From Macrostomum hystrix (Eukaryota > Animalia > Platyhelminthes): 64,000 nucleotides of DNA. The stretch spans positions 20,150,001 to 20,214,000 of the forward strand of contig CATNEN010000038.1 of the NCBI GenBank assembly GCA_950097015.1, in the 5' to 3' direction. Below, in pieces: positions 1-10,700 of the stretch (positions are counted from its first letter, which is position 1; the number at the start of each line of letters is the position of its first letter). The notes under the pieces are model-generated. The model was not told where the DNA came from, did not search any database, and saw only the letters and a list, made by a program, of their open reading frames with translations. Both the position numbers and the translations under genes were made by a program.

Positions 1-1078
1 AACGAGCCAATTCATGGCAAAGAATCTGAGGGGCTCGCTTAAAAGTATTGTTCTATGGCTTTTTCGAGTCTTCTCTGCTATCAGGCAAATTAAAATTGCT
101 TTAGCTGCGGCCAGCAGTGAAGCTAAGCTGAACTATATCAAGAGAAGCATTTTTTATTCCCTTGATGAAATGCCAAGAAAGTGCAGCGTATTTCCGTGCT
201 CGTCAAATTACAACTCTGAAGCCGTTCGAACACGGATATTTGCGTTTCCCAGAGATCCACAGAAGCGAGAGCGATGGAGAAAGGCGCTGCCAAATATTCT
301 CCAGGTCAGAAACCAGATCATTTGCTGTCATTACTGCTGCATAATTCCGCTTCAATTCTGCATGCCAGTCTCGTCCAAACAACTTGAAACCCAAAATTTA
401 TTATTTTAGAGAGTGACTGACAGCATGGGCGTGTGCGCAAAGCATTGGCCAAGCGATGCTGCAATGGTCAAGAAAAACTCTACCGAAAGGCCAATTAATC
501 CTCCTTCTGTTTTTAATGGAGTTCCTAGCTCGTGTTTTGTTCAGAACCAAGGTACGTAACTTATAGATTGCTTAACACTTAGCGTCTAAATCGATTTTGC
601 CGCTCACAATTATCTTACTTTTATTTTTACTCTTATTTTAGACCAGGACCGACAGGCCGAAAAGCGCGATGTTCTTTCTGACGCGAGGTGCGGCGACATC
701 GATGAGATGGACGCTTTTCAGCTGCTTGATTTTTTGCCGGCATGGGAAAGTTTTCGAGCTGAGGTGAAAAATTCGGATGTCATATCTCGGCATGCACTGA
801 ACACAGCTATTCTGAACAAAGACGTTTACTTGTTTACGTAATTATATCACTGTAATTTGTAATTGTAATTATAATTACTACATAGTAATTATATCACTGG
901 TTCCTATTCTTTAAATTAAATACTCGACATTGCCTCGCTTTACTATTTAATCTAACCGTTAATGCCTGATAGCAGAGAAGACTTGAAAAAGCCATAGAAC
1001 AATACTTTTAAGCGAGCCCCTCAGATTTTTTGCCATGAATTGGCTCATTTCGCGTCCCGAGGGTTTTAGTTGTCCCTG
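1..1078 (+). mobile_element. P-element superfamily (THAP9-like) DNA transposon, internally deleted, copy 1; left end outside the window
   Basis: 1-65 is the near-perfect reverse complement of 985-1049. The right TIR 985-1078 is 94 bp and ends ...GTTGTCCCTG. It encloses a THAP-domain gene fragment homologous to copy 2. Confidence 0.85.
170..841 (+). pseudogene. Truncated THAP-domain transposase (exons ~170-304, 410-551, 642-841)
   Basis: Spliced translation MPRKCSVFPCSSNY...FAFPRDPQKRERW...GVCAKHW...PPSVF is a C2CH THAP zinc finger. GT-AG introns lie at the same positions as in copy 2. It stops before the catalytic domain. Confidence 0.8.
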
Positions 1079-1406
1079 ACTTGCATTTAATCCCCAGCTT
1101 GGCCCGGCCTATTGGCTATTAATTCTATGTATTTTTATATAAAATCCGATTTCGTCGTTAATGGACGTTTAATGGGCGCATTCTGAGCCACGAATCTATC
1201 GTCTATGGTTGGAAATGCGAAGTCTTGAACCAGTGTGCCACATAATGGTCCCGAAAACGGGGCCGATTATACCATATAATGGGCGCCAAACCAAATCGAA
1301 TTTCATATAAAATAGTGGCTGCTCAATTTGCAGTCTATGGTTAAAAAGTCCTCGGCCACGCTCAATAGTCCTCGGCTCGCTTCGCTCGCCTCGGACAATT
1401 AAACGC

Positions 1407-1468
1407 CACAGATTCTATATTATCTATATATAGGTAATATAGGTAATATAGGTAATATAGAATCTGTG
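1407..1468. mobile_element. 62-bp miniature inverted-repeat element
   Basis: Termini CACAGATTCTATATTA...TAATATAGAATCTGTG, flanked by the direct repeat ATTAAACGC (1398-1406 and 1469-1477). Confidence 0.75.
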
Positions 1469-1654
1469 ATTAAACGCAGCCTCAGACTTTCTAACCACAG
1501 AATGCCAATTAAGCAGCCACTATCATATACTTAACTGGCCTAAGCCAGTCATTTAACGGCCTAGGCCGATTAAACATATAGTCTATGGTCACAGTTGTTG
1601 TAAACAGTTTTAGTAGTGCAATCTCGGGAGCCGGGCCAAGCTTTAGGATTAAAT

Positions 1655-4177
1655 CAAGGACAACTTAATAACTCAGGACCGGAAACGAGCCAATTCATGG
1701 CGAAAAAAGTATGAGGCTCGTTTAAAAGCATTGTTCTATGGCCCATCCGTATGCGCATGCTTTCAGTTGCGAATGTATACTCGTATCATATTTGACTTTT
1801 TAATAGGCAGTCAGAAGGCGGGTGCAGGGTCGGTTTTCTTAAATGTTGAATAGTTTTATTACATAAAAAACGTCGTGAAAATACACAATGGGAAAGCTGT
1901 ACATGCAGCACATGTATAAGGAAACTCGAGAAAAATTTACGATTCTTTCTTCATCTGAACTGCAAACAGAGAGGAAAATAACAGTCACATAACGGGACAA
2001 GAGCTGACTATGATTAATAGTAAAGTGTTTGCTCCAGGTTCGCTCACTGTCCACTCAGCTTCAGTATTTTTCTATCGTGCGCTTTATCAGGCGAAGGAGC
2101 GCTCTTTGTTCCTCGTTGAACATAACCCTTGAAGAAACAGTTGGTGAGGCGCACGCAGCATCCCAGAACATCTGCTTTAGGGAAGTAAAACTCACCAACG
2201 GCAGCAAACAATTTCCGCACTCGCAAAGCACATGACGGTGATCGCAGCGAAATGAAGCATCCGAAACAGAGGCAAGCAAAATTGAACAGCCACTTTGGCG
2301 GGTGCTTCAACTTTCCCCGGGAAATCATTTCAGTGAATTCACAGAGTGAGGTGTTTAAATTATCGGCAGGATCTTCACCGGCAATTTTCTCCTTAAACGT
2401 TATGTAGCCTGAAATGTTATTATTATGCCTCAGTTTTCACCTCAGCAATCGTTATTTCCATCCAAGTTTAAGTAACACAAATGCATGCCTGACCTGCAAT
2501 ACAATAAACAGATGCCTTTTCGGCCATTGATAGGCTCTCTGCTTTGACATAGCAGTCATCGAGCGTCGATATTTTCGAGCGAATGCATTTTCGAAGCTGG
2601 TGGTACAAATAGTCGGCAGAAAGAAGAAAAATCGGTAGCAGCCTTAGAACAAATGGCTTTACCACCGAACAATGGCTTCAATATTATTGCGAGCACTGTT
2701 CGAGCAGTTTTGTTATGATTGTCTGACGCTTGGCCGAGCAGATGTTGGCACCGATAGCGAATCGATGGCGGGACATACGTTTAATCGAAAATCAACACAC
2801 AAAACTTCTGCTGCGGTTTCAGTTTGGCAAATGTGACCTTTATGATCTCGTTTGCATCATTTTCAGTGCCAATCTCTCCTAGACCAGCCAACTGAGTGCG
2901 TAGTGTGCGTTGGTGGGGCAAAGGAAGGAGCGTCTGTGCATGCGCGTATGCAGAACTGCTAATCAGGTAAAGCAAAGCAGATTGGCGCATAGTGGCAATG
3001 TCGTATCGTCGATTGTTTGGGTGCGTTGTGGCGAACTCGAGTAGCTTCAGGATGAATGTAACCGATGTGTCCGGTACAACTCCACCGTGGTTAAAGGCAA
3101 TAGAAACGTTCTTAGATAATGCCCTCACCTCACTTTCGACGTCCACTGTAGAGTTTTTACAACGATTTATGATAGCTTCAAATTGCAACCAATACTTTAA
3201 TGTTGGTGGAAATCCAAGCAGATCTCGAACCGCAACTGGTGAATGTAACCGAAAGCATCGTACGGAATAGTTTGGTGAAACGAAAACTCGCAGAACCATT
3301 TCGGCATTGGCGCTTAACGAGAAGATAAACACCTCCTCTTGAACAATGGTAACAATAAGCTGATGTGCTTTGATGACGTCTGAACAGTGAATGGATGCTC
3401 GGAATTCAGTCCACGATGGCAGCGTGTCACGCTCTCGAAATTCTACTAGTTCATCTTGGAAAAGGCATCGTTCGGACAACAGCACGCCTCTTCCCTCAGC
3501 CTGTCGACTGGCACGCACTGCAATATCCAAGCGCGCATCTTAGTGGTTCGTTTCGACCCTATTTGATGCAGTACAAATACGCTCGAATATTTGAATTAAA
3601 GCAGTAGAACTTCACAAACCTTGTGTTTGAACGAGGCAAGACTGCGGGACTCCGTCGAAAACTGATGGTGGATGTAGCGGCCTTTCATTTCTTCCCTTTT
3701 TTATCATTGGGGCATCTTGAGGCCAGTGCTTAGCACACACGCCCATGTAGTCTGTCACGGTCTAAACAACAACAAAATTGTTAATGAATTCATGTGGCCA
3801 GGCTAAATCTGATTAGCAAAGCACATTTGAAGAAAGTCTTACCGTCAGTTGATTAGGCAGAGACAGTCGCCAAGCCTCTCGTTCAGTTGCATGTTTAGGA
3901 AACGAAAATACTGTAACATTCCGATCACGGTTACTATTGTAGTTTGAACAACAGAAAATAACGCTGCATTTTCTCGGCATGATATTTAGTTTCAGCTAGC
4001 AAGAATAAAAGTTCTCTCTCTCAATTGCAAGTGCATGCGAAGAACTCAATTTTCAGCTCAGATTTCTTCGCTTTCGTAGCTTTGGATGGGCCATAGAACA
4101 ATGCTTTTAAACGAGCCTCATACTTTTTTCGCCATGAATTGGCTCGTTTCCGGTCCTGAGTTATTAAGTTGTCCTTG
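1655..4177 (-). mobile_element. P-element superfamily (THAP9-like) DNA transposon, copy 2, both ends intact
   Basis: Perfect 94-bp TIRs (1655-1748 and 4084-4177; CAAGG...CCTTG) and an 8-bp TSD GATTAAAT (1647-1654 and 4178-4185). Confidence 0.93.
2044..3980 (-). pseudogene. Disrupted P-element/THAP transposase with introns
   Basis: THAP domain (MPRKCSVIFCCSNY...GVCAKHW), then LPLPHQRTLR and CVLIFD* (TAA where E is expected) continuing TYVPPSIRYR. A frameshift and loss of most of the catalytic core follow. C-terminal motifs CIAGY and SRGKLKHP remain. Confidence 0.85.
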
Positions 4178-4816
4178 GATTAAATACTATAATACCCCCT
4201 GAACTCGTTGTCTATGGCCTAGGAACGGCTTCGGACTGCGCTTCTGGGCCTCGGCTTCCCCTTGGCCAAGAAACGCGTCCTCAGCCGTTCGTAGGCCAAA
4301 GAAACGAAATCAGGGGGGTATTTTCTATACTTAAGGACATACTCTCGTAATTAAAGTTATTTCCCTGGGAGAAAACAATGCAAGAACACACGCCGTGCTT
4401 TAAATACTTCAGATTATTTTTAACTAATAAAAAATCCTTTAGCAGTACATGCAGAATTATATGCATGCAGTAAATATAAGAATATAAGCTGCTCCAAAAC
4501 TAAAATTTGGATTTTCATGCTGACACTTCTATTGCTTAGCTTAGCCTCTGCAAAACAGTAACGAATTATAGAAAGAAATCAAACACTTGATAGTCCGATA
4601 AGCGAATCTGCTTTTAGCAAACAATTGCCCAACAGGAAATCTCGGCTCCTAGAAACAGGTTTCTGCTATGGGGGGGGTAGTTTGTTTGCCAACTCTCCTA
4701 AATTCAAGCAGGGCGAAATATATTTATAGAGGCCTCTACTAAAGAGAAATATAAAATTTCGCAGCTGCAGAATCAAAATTCAACACGAGGCCCACTACTG
4801 CCACAAAGTCACTGAA

Positions 4817-6511
4817 ATGGGAGAAAAGCGAGTGCCTCTGTTGGACATTGTGAGAGAGTCCGTAGCCAACTCATCAGCTCACGCCATCTGCAGAGTGCCT
4901 CCCGCCAATCGAAGCCCCGCTCTTCGGCTGTTCTGGTTGCTAGCTTTCCTCTGCTTCTTGGCCCTGTTACTGAGCACCTGCAGGGCGTACATTGTGCGAT
5001 TAAACAATCCGGGCGTGAAGTCCGAGTTTCAAGCTGAGAAGATACCGTTTGAATTTCCTGACGTACACTTTTGCAACAGTCTTCAAGCCGCTGGTTCTTT
5101 TATTTACAGGTTGAACAAGTCCGAGGCTGACCAGGTAATCAATCCTTTCAATGCTGCTCAGGACAGATTTGATGCCGCGATCAGGTTATTAAATAGTTCA
5201 ACCAACGAGAGCTCTATCGTATTACAGCTGCGAATTCTCAGTATAATACAATCTCTACCGTACAAAACACTCGCGGATATTGTGGGTCATAGGAAACTGC
5301 AGACATTCTACGAAAACTTTGGCATCTTCAGTGTCGGCTCGGGACGCTCCAGTCAGAACTCACCTGTCGCAGTGGAAACGCTGTACCATCCGAATCACCT
5401 AAAGTGCTTCAAATTAGCGCTTACCGATGCTGAATTAAAAAAAATGTGTAACACTAACAATCGACTGCAACTTAATTTGATATTAGATCCATTCTTCTAC
5501 GCATTTGAAGTTTTGGGGCTGTTTTCGTCTGCGGATAGCAGGCTACCGATCATGCGGGTATCCCAATCCGGACATTTCAACTATATATACCCATTCGACT
5601 GGGACCTGGAGAACCCATTGGGATTCGACAGAGGCAGCGGCATGTACCTCTACCTGACCCCCAGAGGTCAGTATCCGTCGCGGCTGACCTCCACGGTGAT
5701 TAGCTTGGCACCTGGCAGGGCATACGACCTGGCAATTTCAATGATAGACGCCCAGATGACTCCCGAAGACTTCCCCAACCAGTGCATCGATCAGCACGAT
5801 CCGGTTCTGTTCCTGAACCCGTACAGCGGCTCAGCGGACGCATTCAGCTACAGCGAGGCCCACTGCTACTACTCTGAGATCGCCAGAGACATGCAGCAGA
5901 GGTACAACTGCAGCCCTAAGCCTGATCCGACACCTTGGCAATTCAGACACCTGGCCCTGTGCCTGAACCTCACGGCTGCTGGGACTGTGGAAAATATTCA
6001 TAGAAACATGAAGGCGGCAGTGAAGGCTCGTCTGGATGCAGACAGCGGCAACAACACTTGGGATCAGGCCTGCGCTGCCAAGCGGCTCTGCAGGCGTCGC
6101 ACCTACTCTGTGACGTCATCATTTGGACTGTGGCCCAATCAGGCCAGTCTGATTCGGCTGCTTGATAACTTTTTAACATCTCTGCTAAGTAAAGTCGATC
6201 GAACTGAATTCAGATCATTGGACACTGGCGTAAAAACTATTCGTGTCATCGACCCTAGATTAGTTATAGATTTCGAAGACGGAATCTGGCAATACTATCA
6301 ACGGGCTGCTGTCTCTGTGACATTTCGAGCGAAGTCGACGCTCAGTTCGCTGACAACATTCAGTCTGGATTATCGGCTCTCCCAGTTCATTGCGGACACA
6401 GGTGGTGCGCTCGGCCTGTACCTGGGATGCTCGATATTGACTGTGTTTGAACTGATTGAGCTGCTGCACGATGTGATCATGTACGCCACTTGCTACAAGC
6501 GTGGAGAGTGA
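4817..6511 (+). CDS. DEG/ENaC (ASIC-like) amiloride-sensitive cation channel subunit, intronless, 564 aa
   Basis: TM1 RLFWLLAFLCF, post-TM1 FPDVHFCN, Cys-rich ectodomain, TM2 signature FIADTGGALGLYLGCSILTVFELIE. Confidence 0.92.
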   Translation: MGEKRVPLLDIVRESVANSSAHAICRVPPANRSPALRLFWLLAFLCFLALLLSTCRAYIVRLNNPGVKSEFQAEKIPFEFPDVHFCNSLQAAGSFIYRLNKSEADQVINPFNAAQDRFDAAIRLLNSSTNESSIVLQLRILSIIQSLPYKTLADIVGHRKLQTFYENFGIFSVGSGRSSQNSPVAVETLYHPNHLKCFKLALTDAELKKMCNTNNRLQLNLILDPFFYAFEVLGLFSSADSRLPIMRVSQSGHFNYIYPFDWDLENPLGFDRGSGMYLYLTPRGQYPSRLTSTVISLAPGRAYDLAISMIDAQMTPEDFPNQCIDQHDPVLFLNPYSGSADAFSYSEAHCYYSEIARDMQQRYNCSPKPDPTPWQFRHLALCLNLTAAGTVENIHRNMKAAVKARLDADSGNNTWDQACAAKRLCRRRTYSVTSSFGLWPNQASLIRLLDNFLTSLLSKVDRTEFRSLDTGVKTIRVIDPRLVIDFEDGIWQYYQRAAVSVTFRAKSTLSSLTTFSLDYRLSQFIADTGGALGLYLGCSILTVFELIELLHDVIMYATCYKRGE

Positions 6512-7738
6512 CACCAATGGCGAGTGCAAACTTTTTGTAGCACTATTTTTTATACTAATTGTATTGCTAATTGGACATAAATTGTTTTTCTTTGAACTGA
6601 GATGGGAACTCCCGATTAACGTTTCTATCCGAAGTCCTACTTGTAGTGACTTCATTAAATAAATTAAGTCTTCGCAGTAAGAGCCATTGTTTACGGGAAT
6701 GAACGAATCTACGAAAGCGGCAGGCCCTTTAGGCCGAGAGTTATATATATTTACCAAAAGATAAGGACGGGCCAGAGGGTAAGAGCTGAAAATGAGGGGG
6801 TGATGAAAGAGAGACGAGCAGCTAGCCAATCAGAGAGGAGGGAAAGGAAAGAGAAGTGAAGGTTACATAATAAGTTAAGCAGTTAGAGGGGAAGAGGAGA
6901 AAGTACAATAAGATGGCGCTCGAGCGTAAACAAGCACATTTAGAAGGGGGAGGAAATGACACTACTGTTTAACCCTGGGCCATAGAACCCTGGGCCATCT
7001 ACTCCCTAGTTAAATTAAAATAGAAAGTTTAAATGTAAAAAATGGCTTGGTAGTCCAACTGGTCATTGAAATAATTAGTTTTTTACTCATGTTCTTTACT
7101 TTAGTCGTTTTCAGTAAGCTTACTATTCTGGATTTCCAACAGAGAAAATATTTTTTACGTTTTCCTGCATTTCGTATCGTAGACTGTGTCATTTAGTAAC
7201 TCTTGAGAGAACATGCAGTAAGAGCTAGGAAATTATACTTTTCCGGGTAGAAGTTTCCGAAATCATCTGAAAAGTCAGCGAAATAAGTCAGCGAGCGAGA
7301 CTCTCGAGTATAGAAACAACTGTCAACGGGTAGGTTGAGTGAGTTATGATCAGAGAAGGTCCCACTATGGAAAGGTAAAGAAAGAAATGACGCGGCTCGC
7401 AATTCCAATTAGACGAATGCTTCCTATTCTCCGTCAAGCCTATGCAGCTGCTCTGTTTCCTTCCGTACCCTTCAAAAAATTATGAGCCGGCTTTCGTCGG
7501 TCACACAGTTTTCAAACATCCGAGTTTGTTTCTCTCCGCACCAATTAATTGCGAAAACAACTGAGTCGCACTGACTAACTTGACAACTGAGGGGACGCTG
7601 CGGGAGAATGATTGGTTGCTAGGGACTCTGTGTGCAACGCCTGACGATTTTGTTGCTCCTTATAATTGGGAAGCAAGCAGGAAGTTCACGTAATGAAGTC
7701 GGCCACAGCTTTGCCTATACTCGCAGCTGGCAGTAGCA

Positions 7739-10700
7739 ATGTACGGCATACTATTAGAAGGTATTCAGAGCTTCGTAGTAAGCAACTACGGCGAAGACTA
7801 CTGGCAGGAGATCCGGGAGGCTGCCGAGTGTCGCTACCACACCTTCGAGACCCGGAAGGCGTACAGTGAGACCATCATATTGAACCTGTTCAACGCTCTG
7901 GCAGACAAGACCTCGCTGCCTGTGACTCAGCTGTTGTATGACAATGGCGCTTTCTTTGTCGGCTTTCTGGCCAAATACGGCTACGACAAGATGCTCCGAG
8001 TGATGGGCCGGCACCTGCGTGACTTCTGTCACGGCATCGACAATGTGCACGAGTATCTGCGGTTCAGCTATCCGAAAATTCGGCCACCAACTTTCATTGT
8101 TGCTAAGGAGAACGAGCGGGGTCTTGTGCTACTATACAAGACTAAAAGACCCGGGTTTCATCACTATGCCAGGGGCATTCTGCAAACTGTCGCCAAGGTG
8201 CTTTATCAGGTGAGAGCTAGGCTTTTTGTGGTCGGCCAACCCTCGAGTGTGAGTTTAACAGACAGAAATTGCACAATCCAATATGGGCTATAGTTACAAT
8301 TGTGTGTGTGTACTTGCGTACAGAATCTGTGTGTGTGCCAAGGAATCAGTGTCATTGTGCCATTGCCCTCAGCCCTCCTGCAAATACTATCCTACTTATT
8401 CACAGCTAGGTGAACGGAAGGTATAGAGACTTTAAGCCTTGCTTGAGGACTAAAGATTCGAACTCCCGACCTCAAATCTGAAGCTGTGAAACTCGAGTTT
8501 AAAACTCTTTGGCCTTTAAAACCTCCATGGGTGATTTAACCTTGCAAGCTAGCTCGTAGTTGGCTGAGAGTTAGGTAAAAACGTGTGAGACACACAAAAA
8601 AAGAGTGCATAGACACATATCTCAGAAAAGATATACGAGTACATTTAAACATCTGTGTGAGTGTGCCTACGTAAGGAGTCCGTGTGCGTATGTGAGCACA
8701 GTGGTCAGCGAACCGTGGGTTGACACAACCAAGAAATACCTTTATTGCCCGTTATCTTCAACAAAAAGGTGGATGTCGACATCAGTATAGTCAGCGAGAG
8801 CAGAGTCGGCATCTACACGCAGTACTGCTATCGGATCCTGTTCGACAACCAGGTGTACAGACAGCGTCACTACCGGATCCACAATCCGGAGAGTTTCCGG
8901 GTTGAGAAGAGTGAATTCTTGGACAATTTCCCATTCTGCTTCGTGCTCAGTCCGGACATGAAGGTGTCAAGCATCGGCAAGGGATTCCGCTGCCTTCTAC
9001 CCAGCATGGAGGGTAGCACCTTTGAGGAGCACCTGTTCATCACCAGGCCATTCATTGAGTGCACTTGGGAGGAGGTAAATCTCAAATTTTGTGAGTCAGT
9101 TGAAGCAAGACACAGTCGACAATGCTAACAATGCTAAGAATTGAACCCATTGCACAGATCTACCAGCACAGACACAATGTGTTCGAAGTGGCACTACTCA
9201 CAAATGCCGAGGAAGGCGTTGGCAGCAAGAGCCTCGCAGCCAGGCTCAGTATTCGAAAGAAAAGTAGCACCTCAGATCCTGGTGTGGTCAGACTCAAAGG
9301 CCAGATGATTCACATCGAAGCTTGGAATAAGATCATCTATATTGCCACACCAATGTGAGTGACCACTGCTAGAAAGCACTGAAATGTACTTTCAAAGGGT
9401 AGCTATCACTGTGGTAAGGGCTTATCTATCTATTTGAATAGCGTTGCTGTAAGTGAAAGACTGACATTTACCGATTAGGGAACACATTTACCGATTAGGG
9501 AACACATTTATTGATTAGGGAAGACATTTATCAATTAGGGAAGACATTTACCGATAAGGGAACACATTTATCAATTTGAGAAGACATTTATCAATTAGAG
9601 AAGACATTTATCAATTAGGGAAGAAATTTATCAATTTGGGAAGACATTTATCAATTTGGGAAGACGTTTATCAATTAGGGAAGACATTTATCAATTTGGG
9701 AAGACATTTATCAATTAGAGAAGACATTTATCAATTAGGGAAGAAATTTATCAATTTGGGAAGACATTTATCAATTTGGGAAGACATTTATCAATTTGGG
9801 AAGACGTTTATCAATTAGGGAAGACATTTATCAATTTGGGAAGACATTTATCAACTAGGGAAGACATTTATCAATTAGGGAAGAAATTTATCAATTTGGG
9901 AAGATATTTATCAATTTGGGAGGACATCCATCGATTAAGGGCTTAAAAAACCTTTTCGATTTCAATTCCCGCCTCTAAAATATCTGAACCCAAGGATCCG
10001 GGACTCGTCACAGCTGCAGGAGAAGGGCCTGTACCTGAATGATCTGAGCATGCACGACTGCAGCCGCGAGATGGTCATGGCCGGCAATCAGCAGTCTGAA
10101 GAGCTCATGGAACTTCTGCAATCGGTTTGTGCTCAAAGATGAGAGTTTAGCTGTTTGGGTTAGTAATTATAGATGAAGGATGCCAGACATTGATGTAGGA
10201 TGCTAGACATTGATGTAGGATGCTAGATATTGATGTAGGATGCTAGATATTGATGTAGGATGCTAGAAATTGATGTAGGATGCCAGACATTGATGTAGGA
10301 TGCTAGATATTGATGTAGGATGCCAGACATTGATGTAGGATGCCAGAAATTGATGTAGGATGCCAGACATTGATGTAGGATGCCAGACATTGATGTAGGA
10401 TGCTAGATATTGATGTAGGATGCTAGATATTGATGTAGGATGCCAGACATTGATGTAGGATGCTAGATATTGATGTAGGATGCTAGATATTGATTTAAGA
10501 TGCTAGACATTGATGTAGGATTCCAGACATTGATGTAGGATGCTAGATATTGGTGTAGGATGCTAGACATTGGTGTAGGATGCTAGATATTGATGTAGGA
10601 TGCTAGATATTGATGTAGGATGCTAGACATTGATGTAGGATGCTAGATATTGATGTAGGATGCTAGATATTGATGTAGGATGCTAGATATTGATGTAGGA

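Noticed and set aside
993-1740. Alternative element defined by CATAGAACAAT...ATTGTTCTATG inverted repeats
   Set aside because: These are the facing TIRs of two different P elements. Each matches its own partner better, and copy 2 has a TSD.
6260-7408. Minus-strand ORFs and a 13-bp direct repeat (6971-6998) between the channel and sGC genes
   Set aside because: No recognisable domain or element ends; cannot be supported as a gene or a transposon footprint.
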